DNA from: Wickerhamiella versatilis
Lineage: Eukaryota
NCBI GenBank assembly: GCA_030867685.1
Contig: JAQOWU010000001.1
Location: 124,001-188,000, forward strand
Reading direction: 5' to 3'
Length of the DNA: 64,000 nucleotides
Shown here: piece by piece, positions 10,051-21,841 of the stretch
Position numbering within the stretch: the first letter of the stretch is position 1
Layout: every line of letters starts with the position of its first letter
Notes under the pieces: model-generated
Seen by the model: only the letters and a program-made list of their open reading frames with translations
The model's database searches: none
Told to the model about the DNA's origin: nothing
Position numbers and translations under genes: made by a program

Positions 10051-10743
10051 TCACGTAAATTTGGATGCTAATACCAGTACAATTAAAAGAATTAAGACAG
10101 CTATTATTGCATAGGTGATCATGCGATTTGCTGCCATTCGTCTGGTCATTGAGCGCAAGGTACGCAAACTCCTATCCACATAAGAGTCTGCATCAGATAG
10201 CGTATTCCTTGAGTTTAATATTTGCTCTCTCTGTCCGCGTAAATCATTCAGAATACCAGCGCCCACAGTTTCAGTCTCGTTCGCTACTCTTTGACTGTCC
10301 CGTAGCCGCTCGCTACTCTGGTCAAGTCTTTGCTGCGTATCAAGCAGCTGCTGCCGTTGACTGCTGCCCACGTCATCGCTGTAGCCACCAGTCTCCGTGC
10401 GGGCACGGTCACCAAATAATATCCCTCTGTCAATGTTGGCTGCCGAAGTCTTTACTTGGCGTTTTGTCCGGTCAACATCAGCACGATATGCTCTGATCTT
10501 CGAGTTATATTTGGCACGGCTCCCACTGGGAATTGACTGAACCTCAACTGCCATCTGGTCGATAATCTCATATGCCTCATCGATAAGCCCATTCAGTCCG
10601 CTAATGGCAGATTTTTGCTCCGCAGACGAAAGAGACTGTAAATCCTCAAGCTTTTGTGTCAAATCCTGATATGTATACTGGAAATCCGCCTCATATTGGC
10701 CAAACACAGAGCTATCGACGGAATCATCCAGAGAAATCGACAT
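10051..10743 (-). CDS. VTI1: Qb-SNARE Vti1
   Basis: Habc N-terminus (FGQYEADF), SNARE motif ANETETVGAGILNDLRGQREQI and a C-terminal TM segment. Confidence 0.93.
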   Translation of the reverse strand: MSISLDDSVDSSVFGQYEADFQYTYQDLTQKLEDLQSLSSAEQKSAISGLNGLIDEAYEIIDQMAVEVQSIPSGSRAKYNSKIRAYRADVDRTKRQVKTSAANIDRGILFGDRARTETGGYSDDVGSSQRQQLLDTQQRLDQSSERLRDSQRVANETETVGAGILNDLRGQREQILNSRNTLSDADSYVDRSLRTLRSMTRRMAANRMITYAIIAVLILLIVLVLASKFT

Positions 10744-11427
10744 GACTAATAATACCCTCCGTCTTCCCTAAGAGATGATGATACACTTCCTGAATCATTA
10801 CTAGGCGACTATGGATAGTAAATTTAGAGGGAAAGGAAATTAAATCATGGGGAAATGGAGTAGTGACGTGATATTAAGCCTAACTGTTGTGTCTCAGAAT
10901 GTATTGAATCCACTTCTCTGTAACTCAGAGCTTTATCTGACGAACAGATTATTGACGTGGTACAGGTCTGTAAATAATTATCAGGTTGACGTTCCTAAAC
11001 TTTCAGTCCACACACTGCAAGACGCCAAAGAAATATATTTAATATGGCATTGGGGATACCTGGACTAGTCCCGTCACCTGCCCATTTTTTATTCGCCCAA
11101 CCCACAGTGCCAGATGACAAGGAAAGCTAAGAGCTAGTATTCACCGAATTAGATTATTTTTTTTCTTTCAGCTGCAATCATTTTGATATCGACCGCTGTC
11201 CATCCTCAAAAGCGGTCAGGTAAGGAAAATGATCACTGTAAATCGATAATCCTCAGAATAAAAAATATGAAAAATATTACACATTCTATATATCATGGAC
11301 AACAATAAGAGATTTCTAGTCATGGGATTGATTCTACTTCATAAGAAGCAAGCCAATACCGTTAAATTGGTGTAATGTATCAGCTCTCATTCGAGGAATC
11401 TCGATGACAAACACCTAAAATATTCCA

Positions 11428-11886
11428 ATGTTGCGATTTCGACCTTTATTGCGCGCTAGCTGCACAGCATTGCGACCACGATTATTTTCCACATCTCCTA
11501 TAGCATTCCATGGGTCTGTCCACAAGCCAAAACCAGGTGAGGAGCTTCACGTAACATTTATTACCAAGGAAGGGAAGCAACTTCCGCTTGAAGTTGCAGC
11601 AGGAGACAACCTCATGGATATTGCACAAGCAAATGGCATTGATATGGAGGGGGCATGTGGCGGATCTTGTGCTTGCTCCACTTGCCATGTAATAGTAGAA
11701 CCCGACTTCTACGATCGCATGGAAGAGCCCAGTGATGACGAGAATGACATGTTAGATCTTGCATTTGGACTCACCGAGACATCGCGCCTTGGTTGCCAGG
11801 TTGTTATGAATAAAGACATCGATGGTATACGGGTGGCGCTACCAGCTATGACTCGAAACTTGCAGGCCAAGGATTTCAACAAATAG
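11428..11886 (+). CDS. YAH1: Mitochondrial [2Fe-2S] ferredoxin
   Basis: Presequence plus MEGACGGSCACSTCHV and DMLDLAFGLTETSRLGCQ. Confidence 0.97.
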   Translation: MLRFRPLLRASCTALRPRLFSTSPIAFHGSVHKPKPGEELHVTFITKEGKQLPLEVAAGDNLMDIAQANGIDMEGACGGSCACSTCHVIVEPDFYDRMEEPSDDENDMLDLAFGLTETSRLGCQVVMNKDIDGIRVALPAMTRNLQAKDFNK

Positions 11887-11965
11887 AATGTACATATATA
11901 GATATAGAGTTTTTTAGAAGCAAAATAGAAAAAACAATCTAATTACAAGAATAAATATACTGTTT

Positions 11966-12625
11966 CTATCCGGATCGAATCATATCCAAAAAGCGTTCCT
12001 TCGAAACTGATGTTGCGTCCTCTCCAGTTTCTCCTGAGAGTGCACCGTCCTTGCTAACAGATTGGCTAGCATGGATCGCATTCAAGAGCCTTACCACACC
12101 CCTTTGAGCAGTTTTACGAAACTTCTTCTCCTGCTGAAGAGCCTCACCCGCACTGTCAGGATCCTTCGGAATGACATCCTTTACATGAGCTTTGTCCTTT
12201 AGACTTTCACGCTCCTGACGCATTGCATGCTGAGCCTTCAATTCCAACCGAGCATCCTCTATATCTTTTGCCGATTTCTTGTTTCTTATCAGGATAGGAT
12301 TTTCCCGGTCGTGTGCCTTAATTTTAGAACCCAATATCGCATTCATAGCCCCAGAAAACTGATCTTTTTTCTCCTTCACATCCTCCAATGCATCATCATC
12401 GTCAGAGGCATCCATATCTGACCCCATGTTTGAGTCAGAGTCTCCCTCAGCCGACAGTTCAGCCTCGGCATCAACCTCAACCTCAGAGGGGCTATTCCCT
12501 GACTGTGGATCTTGACCAAAATCAGAGTTAGAGTCTGAATCGGAATCTGACTCCGAGGCAGAAAGTCTGCGCTCTAATTTTGGTTGTGGCTCGCCAGGAG
12601 CGGCAACACGAGCTCGTTTAACCAT
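11966..12625 (-). CDS. RRP15: Ribosome biogenesis protein Rrp15
   Basis: Acidic N-terminus, FSGAMNAILGSKIKAHDRENPIL, EKKFRKTAQRGVVRLLNAI and SKERFLDMI. Confidence 0.9.
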   Translation of the reverse strand: MVKRARVAAPGEPQPKLERRLSASESDSDSDSNSDFGQDPQSGNSPSEVEVDAEAELSAEGDSDSNMGSDMDASDDDDALEDVKEKKDQFSGAMNAILGSKIKAHDRENPILIRNKKSAKDIEDARLELKAQHAMRQERESLKDKAHVKDVIPKDPDSAGEALQQEKKFRKTAQRGVVRLLNAIHASQSVSKDGALSGETGEDATSVSKERFLDMIRSG

Positions 12626-12721
12626 CGAAAAAAAATTCGTGACTAATCAGTGTATATAGGTCCCACATTTAAATTATAATTATTCTATAGTTATGTAGCA
12701 CTTCGACCTGCGTAAGTCTAC

Positions 12722-15004
12722 TCAGTCGGGATCAGTTGTAGTATGGAGTGCTACAGCACTTTGCTTAGGTGTATTCAGCTCTGAAATTGTCTGAGCTCGT
12801 AACGCTGCCTCACTATCGTTATGCGGGTTCGGGGGAAGAAGTGTCTCATTCAAACGGTTTTGACTTAGGAGTCCTTGCCATATATCAGGATATGCTTTCT
12901 TAGCCCATTCTCGAATCTGACTCTTCTGAGCTTCTATAAGGGTATAATTGTAAAGTGCCTCTATAAGTTCTGGTGAGACTTCTACCCCGTAAAGCTCAGG
13001 AGCTTGTTTAGTGATTTCCAGTGCCCGCGTGTAATATCCATGATAGCAATTGGCAATTATGTATTGTTCAAGATTTTGAACGCTGGGCTTCAGTCCAAAC
13101 TTCGCTGGGAACTCTGCCCACAGGTCATCCACTGCTGCCAGTGAATTATAAGCAAGATGCCTGAGCATAATGGTGATTGTATTGTTGTCTGCTCCAAATG
13201 AGCGCGTTTCCATCCACAGGTTCGAGACACGGGGCACATCACCGAGACTCGCGAACCCTGCCAACATAGAATTCATCATTTCAATGTCCAAGTCATTAGT
13301 TAGATCCATTTTAAAGTATGCAAGAAGCTCGCGAAGCCCCTCTCCATACTTTTGGCGGCCATATTCTGCAAAAAGCATAAGATACATTTCTCGGCCGGGT
13401 GGCGGGATACCCTCCCGCTTTGCACGATTTCTCAGATGACGGAATATGAGATGGGCAGCATCTGGCCTTCCAAGTTCACAGAAGTGACGTTGAATAGGGT
13501 AGTAAGATTCATAGGGGAGAACAATAGTTGCATTCAACATCCCATAGAGGGCCCATGCCTCGACATAGTCGTTTAGACCCATAATTTTATCAAAAAAGAC
13601 ATCATAGATGTCTCTATATTGAGGGAATGGTAGCGCCGGTGTATCTCCGAACTGTTCACGAAGAAACATACCAATGTCATATGGAATGTCCCTAGCGAAG
13701 AACATACGAAGCAGCGCTACTTGCGTTGGATATTCCAACTGCAGCGAGTATGACCTTACACGCTGATAAGTGTCAAAAACAATCTCAGCAGAAATTCCTG
13801 GCGTCTCTGCCATTACTTGGATCAGTCTATTTAGAGTCCCCAAATACTTTTCATCATCCATAAGCCAATCGGCTCCAGCAGCCATACTATCTACAAACAA
13901 AAAACGCGCCTTTTCAATTTCAACGGCCTGAATATGACGATTAATCAAGATATCAAAACACGCCGCGTCAGGCTCGCAATCCACGGCATCAAGCAGGCTT
14001 TTGATCTCGGCTTCAGAGCGTTGAGATTTTACTGCAGTGGATAGAAGCAAATACAAGGTATGCGGATCTGGACCAGGATGATGCTTCAAAACCTCCATTA
14101 CATCTCGACCGCTATACACAGACCACTGTGCAAGGGTATCCCACGATTCCTTCACTAAATTGGGCTCTTTTTTGATTTCAGCCACTAAGGAATCTCCAAG
14201 TTTTATTGAATCTCCAAAAGAAATACAGCATAACACCAGTAGTTCCAAGTTCTCCAAAGAACGCGGCAGTCTCGGTAAGGCTAGTTTCAAAAAAGAGCGA
14301 CCAGTGGCCTGGTCATTCGAGCGTTCGGCCATAGCATCTAAAGCAATTACCAAAGTATCATTGTCAAATATACCAAAATGAGGGTTCTCTAAATACGTCC
14401 AGCGTATTACTTTCTCAGGCGGAATGAAGCCAAGGACCCGTTGAAGTACCGATGCACTTGGTGGCTTCATCGCATAGAACACCGCTTCAGATATTTCTTG
14501 GTCTCTGCAGAGGTCCAAGAATTTATGCACATCATCTCCAGTCACAGGCCCATTCTCATTGAAAAGGGCCGCTACTAATTTTTTCGACTCTTGCATTAGC
14601 CCACGACTTTGAAGCATGCCAAAATAAAGTCGTCCATTTTCGATTCGATCCTCTCTCGTAATTTCTTTGGACCTGAGTATCCGAACATAGATACTTGTGG
14701 CAAGGTCGCTATCCGAGTCTATTACTGCACGAAAAATCTGTTGGAGCTCTTCATGAGTTATGCGTTCTGATATCCGAGACATTGTTGACTTGATCAGCCT
14801 AGCATACTGATGTGAGGCATTGTTTTCAGCGGGCAAGGCCCGTACAAATTGCAGTAAGGCCTGCTTCGAATCTCGGTGCTCCCTCAGCTTTTGCGCGGCT
14901 TCTGTAAATGCTGGAGAAGGCTCGTCATATTTTTTTGACTGCCACGGTCCCACTTTTTTGCTGAATAGCGGCCGTTGCCTGGTCTTATGGAACAACCTTC
15001 TCAT
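12722..15004 (-). CDS. Mitochondrial PPR-like helical repeat protein, likely complex I assembly factor CIA84
   Basis: Presequence MRRLFHKTRQR; PPR-like repeats (DAACFDILINRH, DIEMMNSMLAGFASLGD); C-terminal ALYN...IREWAKKAYPDIWQGL resembles recalled CIA84. Confidence 0.6.
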   Translation of the reverse strand: MRRLFHKTRQRPLFSKKVGPWQSKKYDEPSPAFTEAAQKLREHRDSKQALLQFVRALPAENNASHQYARLIKSTMSRISERITHEELQQIFRAVIDSDSDLATSIYVRILRSKEITREDRIENGRLYFGMLQSRGLMQESKKLVAALFNENGPVTGDDVHKFLDLCRDQEISEAVFYAMKPPSASVLQRVLGFIPPEKVIRWTYLENPHFGIFDNDTLVIALDAMAERSNDQATGRSFLKLALPRLPRSLENLELLVLCCISFGDSIKLGDSLVAEIKKEPNLVKESWDTLAQWSVYSGRDVMEVLKHHPGPDPHTLYLLLSTAVKSQRSEAEIKSLLDAVDCEPDAACFDILINRHIQAVEIEKARFLFVDSMAAGADWLMDDEKYLGTLNRLIQVMAETPGISAEIVFDTYQRVRSYSLQLEYPTQVALLRMFFARDIPYDIGMFLREQFGDTPALPFPQYRDIYDVFFDKIMGLNDYVEAWALYGMLNATIVLPYESYYPIQRHFCELGRPDAAHLIFRHLRNRAKREGIPPPGREMYLMLFAEYGRQKYGEGLRELLAYFKMDLTNDLDIEMMNSMLAGFASLGDVPRVSNLWMETRSFGADNNTITIMLRHLAYNSLAAVDDLWAEFPAKFGLKPSVQNLEQYIIANCYHGYYTRALEITKQAPELYGVEVSPELIEALYNYTLIEAQKSQIREWAKKAYPDIWQGLLSQNRLNETLLPPNPHNDSEAALRAQTISELNTPKQSAVALHTTTDPD

Positions 15005-15115
15005 GTGCTGACCAACGATGACGATGCACCACTCCCGACTATAAAACAAAATCACCAGGCCCATCAAGAAAATAGATATGCTTATCTTTTACGTGCTAAG
15101 AAATCTAAGAAAGAT

Positions 15116-18037
15116 TTAATTCTGTATATCCTGTTTAGATTCTAAGTCTTCCACAAGCTGTTCAGAGTCAAGGTTATAACGATCCAAAACATTACCAATA
15201 TTGGCAACTACTCGAGAAATACTGGATGATCGCGATGATAGATTCGATTTCTTATTACGATGACGAGAACGCGGGGTTCTAGCTTCATGAATATCGTCAA
15301 GCAGGTCTTGAGCTGCCTCAGGAACAACTTCTTTGTACTTACCTGGGTCAGTCAACGTCATTCCAGTATCATGAAGCATCTTTGCTACAAGACCTGTCCA
15401 GCCACACTGGTGCTGAGTACCCAATCCTTTACCGGTATCAGGGTTGAAATATTCGTGAAACTTATAAAAGTCGTCGAAGAGTGGGTTGAAATCTGGGAGA
15501 TCGTCACCTCCATTGAAAGGCCGGCGTCCGTCATTGTTATCATCGCGTAGGAAAAGCTTGATAAGACGATGCTGAAGTTTCTCTGCCACCTTATCCAAGG
15601 TCATGCTTTCACCACTGCCCGTTGGGAATTCCACCTTAAGAGTATCGCCGTAGAATAAGAAATCGCGCTGAAGCGACTCGACAAGTAGGAAATTCGTGGG
15701 AAACCAAACAGGGCCTCGCCAATTCGAGTTTCCACCAAACATGCCACTGTTTGACTCTGCAGGCTGGTAGTCTACGGTGAATAATTCGCCATTCACGTCC
15801 ATTGAATAAGGATGCTCCTGGTGATATTTCGACAATGAACGGATGCCATATGGACTTAAGAATTCTGTTTCATCGAGCATTCTTGAGAGTATACGTTCCA
15901 ATCGCTCTCGATTGACTAGGGAAAGCAGGATGCGACCCTTTTGGCCCCGATCGTGAAGAGACGCAAGATTCCGAGCAGACAGCTTGGGACGGTGGGTAAC
16001 AAACCATTCCACACGGCGTGCAAATTTTGGATATCGTCTCAGGACGTCGCTTTCAATTGTAAGGGAGGCAAACAAAGGCACCAAACCCACAAAGGACTTA
16101 ACAGGTAGTTGATCCTTGTGGTCTCCATACGAAATACGGTCGTAATAGAATCCATCTTGCTCATTCCAGAGGCCATTCTCTGAATTCCCCTGATGAGAAA
16201 TTGCATCAGCAATGAATAGGAAATGCTCAAAAAACTTAGAGGCAATGTGCTCATAGACAGGCCTATGCTTGGCAAGTTCCAGTGCAATGTTAAGCATCTG
16301 GACACAATAAAATCCCATCCAACCAGTACCATCAGCCTGCTCTAATTGACCTCCAGTAGGCAGGGGTTCAGATCTGTTGAACAGTCCGATATTGTCCATC
16401 CCAAGAAATCCGCCTTCAAATACATTCTTTCCATTGGCATCCTTACGATTCACCCACCATGTGAAATTTATGAGCAACTTCTGAAATACTTCCTCCAAGA
16501 AGTAGGTATCCTCGACACCCTTTAGCCTGTGTTCCATCTTATAGACCCTGAAAGTGGCCCAGGCATGCACAGGTGGATTTACGTCACTAAAGTTCCATTC
16601 ATACGCCGGTAGCTGGCCATTGGGGTGCATGTACCAATCTCGTGTGAGTAGGACCAACTGCTTTTTGGCAAACTCTGAATCCACCATTGCCAGTGGTAAG
16701 CAGTGGAAAGAGGTATCCCATGCAGCAAAAAAAGGATATTCCCACTTATCTGGCATCGAAAGGATATCATCGATATGCAAATGACGCCAATCCGTGTTTC
16801 GGATGTATTTACGCTCAGGGGGTGGGCCAATGGGGGCATTAGCATCCCCACGGATCCAGGGACCGTAAATGAATTCGTAGTACTGCTTATTCCATAACAT
16901 ACCAGCGAAAGCTTGACGCTGAATAGTACGCATCTCCTCGGTGAGTGGCAATGGACTGAGGTCATAGTAAAATTCATCTGCTTCCTCTTGACGTGCTTCA
17001 AGCTCTGAGGATACTAGATTATCATCCAATCCTTCGATCTTATGAGGAGCGAATGACATAGTTAGCGATACCTCCTTGTCAGGAGGAATGTCATTGAGGA
17101 CATAGTGGGCAGCCACTTTTGTGCCCTCCTTTTTTGGATTCACAGCTTCCTTGTTGCCATCACAAACATAATCGTGAAAGGCCTCACGGGTATATTCGCT
17201 AGCATTCTTCTGATCCTCCCCCCACATTTTTTTCTTGTTTGTTTCATTATCAGTGAAGAGAAGTGTTGGCTTACTTCCGTCGGACGCTGGGCACACCTGC
17301 AAGTACCTTTTACCAAGAATCTCATGGTTCGACTCCACAGTGGCGTCATCAATGGCATGTAACTCGGGCTTGGCGAAGTCATCCAGCTCAGTATCACTTC
17401 CCCAGGCCCATACATTCCGAAATAGCAGCTGCGGTAGAACATGGATGGTGGCAGGCTCAGGACCCCGGTTGTAAACGGTTACCTTGAAGTACATCGTCTC
17501 ATGCTCAGTGTCATGCTTACCCATTTCAATGAATATGTCGAAATATCTACCTTCCTCAAACACACCAGTCTCCGACAATTCGTACTCTGGTTCCTCGCGA
17601 CTACGTTTACCATTCTCCTCGCGAAGTTTTTGATAGGGAAATTCGGACTGGGGATATTTATACTGGTACTCCATGTAGGAATGCGTGGGCGTATTATCTA
17701 GATGTGCATATTCCTCCTTGACATCCTCACCGTGGTTTCCCTCATGGGAGGTCAAGCCAAACAACCGTTCTTTCAGGATGTCATCCTTCTCATTCCAGAA
17801 GGCAAATGTAAGACATTGGCTGCCATGGGTGTCAGAAACCCCAGCTATACCATCCTCACCCCAGCGATAACACCGAGTAATTGCATCCTCATAAGTAAAA
17901 TAGCTCCAGGCATCGCCATTACCAGAGTAATCTTCACGAACGGTGGCCCACTGCCGCTCGCTCACGTAGGGGCCCCAGCGTTTCCAATGCTTGGTTCTTT
18001 TGTCGCTCTCAGCAAGACGCTCACTTTCACGGCCCAT
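15116..18037 (-). CDS. GH63/MGH1-like glycoside hydrolase (YMR196W family)
   Basis: WKRWGPYVSERQWATVREDYS, SMPDKWEYPFFAAWD, FEGGFLGMDNIG, FGGNSNWRGPVWFP and HQCGWTGLVA. Confidence 0.9.
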   Translation of the reverse strand: MGRESERLAESDKRTKHWKRWGPYVSERQWATVREDYSGNGDAWSYFTYEDAITRCYRWGEDGIAGVSDTHGSQCLTFAFWNEKDDILKERLFGLTSHEGNHGEDVKEEYAHLDNTPTHSYMEYQYKYPQSEFPYQKLREENGKRSREEPEYELSETGVFEEGRYFDIFIEMGKHDTEHETMYFKVTVYNRGPEPATIHVLPQLLFRNVWAWGSDTELDDFAKPELHAIDDATVESNHEILGKRYLQVCPASDGSKPTLLFTDNETNKKKMWGEDQKNASEYTREAFHDYVCDGNKEAVNPKKEGTKVAAHYVLNDIPPDKEVSLTMSFAPHKIEGLDDNLVSSELEARQEEADEFYYDLSPLPLTEEMRTIQRQAFAGMLWNKQYYEFIYGPWIRGDANAPIGPPPERKYIRNTDWRHLHIDDILSMPDKWEYPFFAAWDTSFHCLPLAMVDSEFAKKQLVLLTRDWYMHPNGQLPAYEWNFSDVNPPVHAWATFRVYKMEHRLKGVEDTYFLEEVFQKLLINFTWWVNRKDANGKNVFEGGFLGMDNIGLFNRSEPLPTGGQLEQADGTGWMGFYCVQMLNIALELAKHRPVYEHIASKFFEHFLFIADAISHQGNSENGLWNEQDGFYYDRISYGDHKDQLPVKSFVGLVPLFASLTIESDVLRRYPKFARRVEWFVTHRPKLSARNLASLHDRGQKGRILLSLVNRERLERILSRMLDETEFLSPYGIRSLSKYHQEHPYSMDVNGELFTVDYQPAESNSGMFGGNSNWRGPVWFPTNFLLVESLQRDFLFYGDTLKVEFPTGSGESMTLDKVAEKLQHRLIKLFLRDDNNDGRRPFNGGDDLPDFNPLFDDFYKFHEYFNPDTGKGLGTQHQCGWTGLVAKMLHDTGMTLTDPGKYKEVVPEAAQDLLDDIHEARTPRSRHRNKKSNLSSRSSSISRVVANIGNVLDRYNLDSEQLVEDLESKQDIQN

Positions 18038-19506
18038 ATTTCTATCTCAAAAGGTAGTTTTGGCTACTACTGAATTTCACGGGCAAGTGAGGAGGATGAG
18101 GAAGGCGAATTTGAGTTTAGGGTTGGTCAAGTAGCTGCTGTTGCTGATATCTACCAATTGCCCTTTTTTTCTATGTTCAGCTTTGCACGATTCCAAGCAT
18201 TAGGCTAATTCGGACGAATGGCACCGAAAAAGAAATTTAGAATCACCTTTTGAGGAGGGTACCAATGATCATCCATCCATTGTTGCTGCTGCCTCTGTAA
18301 GCTTGCTAGCTTACGGAAATATAATCAGCAGAAAATTCTCTCACAAAAAATTTTTACTACAAAGTTTTGAAACCAGGCCATATAAAATACACAATTCCTT
18401 GGGGCACCTAATCTTTTTTGTCTCCAGCTTCTCCATACATATCTCCATGATTCCCATTTGTAATCATGACTGGGTGGGGTGGGTGTCGGGGTAAACGCAA
18501 CAATCACGCTAGTATGATTTCAAATGACTCAAAAATCTGAGATCCTCAGCCTCTATTCTTTATAAAGATCCCTGTTTTAGGGTAAAATTCTAGTAGCTGC
18601 GCGTTAACCAAGCAACAAACATGCGTCGAGCAAATCGAAGTGCGTCGTCAAATTGGCCTCTTGATCAACAAACAAATAATAATAATGATAAATTACAAGC
18701 TATTCATCTAACAAAAAGACCCTAGAGTAACTACTGTGCACGCCACTGTATATCTCGCTATTTACTATGATTTCTTCGCACGTGATTATTTGATATAACC
18801 GCTAATTGGGCAACTTAACGGCTACAAATTACATGACTCCTCTGATGATTCCAAAAGATTTGTGCGAATACAAGCATTGAAATTATAATATCCACTAATA
18901 TTTGCTGATATTAACAGCGGTAATTGCAGTGGCATACAAATTCTATTGAGAAAACGTCCTAGTGCCAGTCGGATCTATGCGAACTCTGAAAAAAGATCCT
19001 CCAGGAATTAGGATTGACCGAGCCACAAACAAAAACCACTATGTTTCATTAGCTAAATAAATATCTCGCATCGACCTCGTTTCACTGTTTCTCGCGCTAA
19101 GCGAAGGCCTTGATCTTCAAACCTGTAACGGCATGGCAGATTAGTTGCGTGTCGTAATACAGTACCCTTACCCCGACATTCCATAACGCACAATATTTGA
19201 CAGGACCCAAAATGAAAAAAAGGCTGATACGCAGGTGCTGGGGCTAAATAGATACCATTTACGTTTTTAAATTCGGAATTTCTCTCCATATCGACTAAAT
19301 TATACCATTATTGATAACAATTAAGACCAGACTTCACGGATGCGGTCTTGTAACGGGCCTTACCCTAATATCATGTTTACCTGAAGTTTCTCTGATGATT
19401 TAAGACAGCGATCGTCAGATCTTTTCTTTACGTCACTCACGCGCCCCACGCTCATTTGCGTCCCGACCCAGTTTCATTCATTCTTTTATTCATTCTTTCG
19501 GTCAAT

Positions 19507-20292
19507 ATGGTTTCTCTGCTTCCTGCAATCATAGCTACTGTAGCAGCCCAATCTCAAATTGTTAAGGATGGCACCACCATCATATTCGATCGCGTCTACA
19601 CGCGCATCACCGTTTCCGTGCCGTATAGTAGCACAACAGCGCCTTTGACGACAACAAGCACAACATCGTTGCCTGCGCTGCCATCCACGACGTCGGCTGT
19701 ACCTAGTACCGCCGGTCTGCTTCAGGCCTATATTGGCGCTGCGGATAATCTGAATGACATCAAAGTGGAAAGTTCGTCCGCAGCTATATCTAAGTCGTCG
19801 GCATTGCCATCGTCTTCATCAGCAAAAAAGACCAGCGGTATCAAGTCTTCAAAGACATTGACGTCAAGCGCTAAAGCAAGCACAAGTACCGCGCCTGTGT
19901 CGTCAAGGAACAGTACAGTGAGTTCCTTCAAGCCCAACAGCACTACCAATTTCTCATTGCCGATATTGAGTACCTCAAACGTCTCTGTATCCTCCGCTGT
20001 ACCCGCTGCCATGCCTGCTGCTAGCAATGTGACAAATAGCACCGGCTGGAGCACCACGGTCGGTACTAACTCCAGCGCCAATTCCAGCTTGTCCACCAAG
20101 ATTTCGTCGTCCGTTAAGACCAGCGCATCCCTGGCTCCCACGCAAGCGATTGTAGCTGGTGTCACTGAGAATGCGAATGGAGATGGAAGCGTCACAAGCA
20201 CCAGAAGTGGATCCTCTAGTTCTAATCTCGCGGCAGACACTTTACTGAACTCGGGTGCTCTGGTTGCCGGAATTGCGGCACTACTTCTCTAG
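19507..20292 (+). CDS. Ser/Thr-rich GPI-anchored cell-surface protein
   Basis: Signal peptide MVSLLPAIIATVAAQ; S/T-rich body with N-x-S/T sites; C-terminal omega region and hydrophobic tail (SSSNLAA...ALVAGIAALLL). Confidence 0.85.
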   Translation: MVSLLPAIIATVAAQSQIVKDGTTIIFDRVYTRITVSVPYSSTTAPLTTTSTTSLPALPSTTSAVPSTAGLLQAYIGAADNLNDIKVESSSAAISKSSALPSSSSAKKTSGIKSSKTLTSSAKASTSTAPVSSRNSTVSSFKPNSTTNFSLPILSTSNVSVSSAVPAAMPAASNVTNSTGWSTTVGTNSSANSSLSTKISSSVKTSASLAPTQAIVAGVTENANGDGSVTSTRSGSSSSNLAADTLLNSGALVAGIAALLL

Positions 20293-20356
20293 TCGAAATA
20301 TCCAGTAGTATTTTTTTATCTAAATTCTTTTTTAGGAGAACTTAATTCTTAATAGA

Positions 20357-21778
20357 TTAAATCTTCAGGGTGAAGGTGCCTACCGCGTCACCACCCGAAA
20401 CCTTCATCCAGCGCCCTAGGCGAGGTTCACGGGATAGCGACGCAAAAATTACAAACTCGTTTCGATTTTCCTGCGACTCGACAGCTGCAAGCCCGGTTAC
20501 GATGCCTTTTCCAACCTTGACTTCATTAAGCAGAGAAAAGGAACGTCGATCCTCCGATACACACCATACTCGCACAGTCCCCACCCATGAACCGGTTACG
20601 AACACGTTAGAATAAGGTACTGATGCGAGAGATGTGATTCCTCTCGGTTGTGGCGGTGGAACTTCTACACGAGACGGATCTGCTTCTGCTGATGCTTGCG
20701 AAGGACTAAGCGGAGGATTCATACCGTGCGCTTCGCGCTCAATGGCTACTGGCTTCTTACGTTGAGTAGACCAAAGCGAAACATTGCCGTTATCACTCCC
20801 TGACACAAAGAACTGGTTGTCAAGCATTGCACAGCAATCAATTGACCCTTCCAACGTAACCTCCGGGCCTGGATTTTGCGCGGCCAGCTTTGTGTCGCCA
20901 CCGCGAAACGTTAATCTGGCTTCCTCAGGAATCTTCCAATATATTACTGTCCTGTCACGAGAACCAGCGCTAACACATCGAGGTTGACTCAAAGCAGCAA
21001 CGCTGGTGATATGATCCTGATGGCCGTAAAGGGTTTCCACAAATGCCATTTGCGACAGATCATACGTGCGGAGACGAAGATCAGCACAACCCACATATAG
21101 TTCAGAAGTACCCTGTCTGAATACCATGCAAAGAACCTCGGCTTTATACTGATTGAGGTAGAAAGTATGAACGAGGGAAAGGTTAGAAACAGTATAAACG
21201 CATATCCGGCGGTCTCTACCACCAGTAACAACAAATTCCGAGTTCGCAGCGATGCAGGTTACACTGTCACGATCATGATGGTCCCGTATGGTTTTTTCAA
21301 CCGCTAGCGTGGTGAGGTCCCACTTCTGCAAGGTGAGTGTCTTGCCTACCGTAAAACCCCATGGCCAGGCAGCTGCCACGCCTATAAGGTTTCGTGCCGC
21401 AGTTTTCGAGCGATGGATTTCCTTGACTTGAGCTCCTCGCAAATCCCGAAATATTCTACCGTGAGTTTCAGCTGCATCATCCTTGAGACGTCGTGAGATT
21501 ATCTCTCTGTCTAGATCCTCAGCATTGAAACCAGCAGCTTCACTTGCTTCCTTCTCAGCAGCGATACTATCGAGATAATCCTTAGCTAGGCGTCGACGCT
21601 TGTCTGCTGCCGTCTCATGGTCGCTCTCCGATGACTCGCTCTCTGCTATGGACTCTGATTCCGAATCTGACCCCTTATCCGACTCACTGGTAATTTCCTC
21701 ATCCCTTTCTGGCGGTTTTTCCGCCCTTCTTCTTTTTCGCGGTTGTGCTGGCCGCGAAAAGAACTTGTCGACTACCAT
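20357..21778 (-). CDS. RRP9: U3 snoRNP WD40 protein Rrp9
   Basis: ETAADKRRRLAKDYL, FVETLYGHQD, WKIPEEARLTFRGG and SREPRLGRW. Confidence 0.93.
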   Translation of the reverse strand: MVVDKFFSRPAQPRKRRRAEKPPERDEEITSESDKGSDSESESIAESESSESDHETAADKRRRLAKDYLDSIAAEKEASEAAGFNAEDLDREIISRRLKDDAAETHGRIFRDLRGAQVKEIHRSKTAARNLIGVAAAWPWGFTVGKTLTLQKWDLTTLAVEKTIRDHHDRDSVTCIAANSEFVVTGGRDRRICVYTVSNLSLVHTFYLNQYKAEVLCMVFRQGTSELYVGCADLRLRTYDLSQMAFVETLYGHQDHITSVAALSQPRCVSAGSRDRTVIYWKIPEEARLTFRGGDTKLAAQNPGPEVTLEGSIDCCAMLDNQFFVSGSDNGNVSLWSTQRKKPVAIEREAHGMNPPLSPSQASAEADPSRVEVPPPQPRGITSLASVPYSNVFVTGSWVGTVRVWCVSEDRRSFSLLNEVKVGKGIVTGLAAVESQENRNEFVIFASLSREPRLGRWMKVSGGDAVGTFTLKI

Positions 21779-21798
21779 TTTCCCTCAGGGCAGATTTC

Positions 21799-21808
21799 TG
21801 AAAAATTT
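21799..21808. promoter_or_regulatory. RRPE element upstream of RRP9
   Basis: TGAAAAATTT lies 20 bp from the RRP9 start codon. Confidence 0.55.
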
Positions 21809-21841
21809 GACTAAGCGGTCTACCAACCGTTTATCTGTTGA

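Noticed and set aside
15116..18037. GH63 gene as a possible bacterial horizontal transfer
   Set aside because: The family has a native fungal member (YMR196W), and neither composition nor neighbours suggest a foreign origin.
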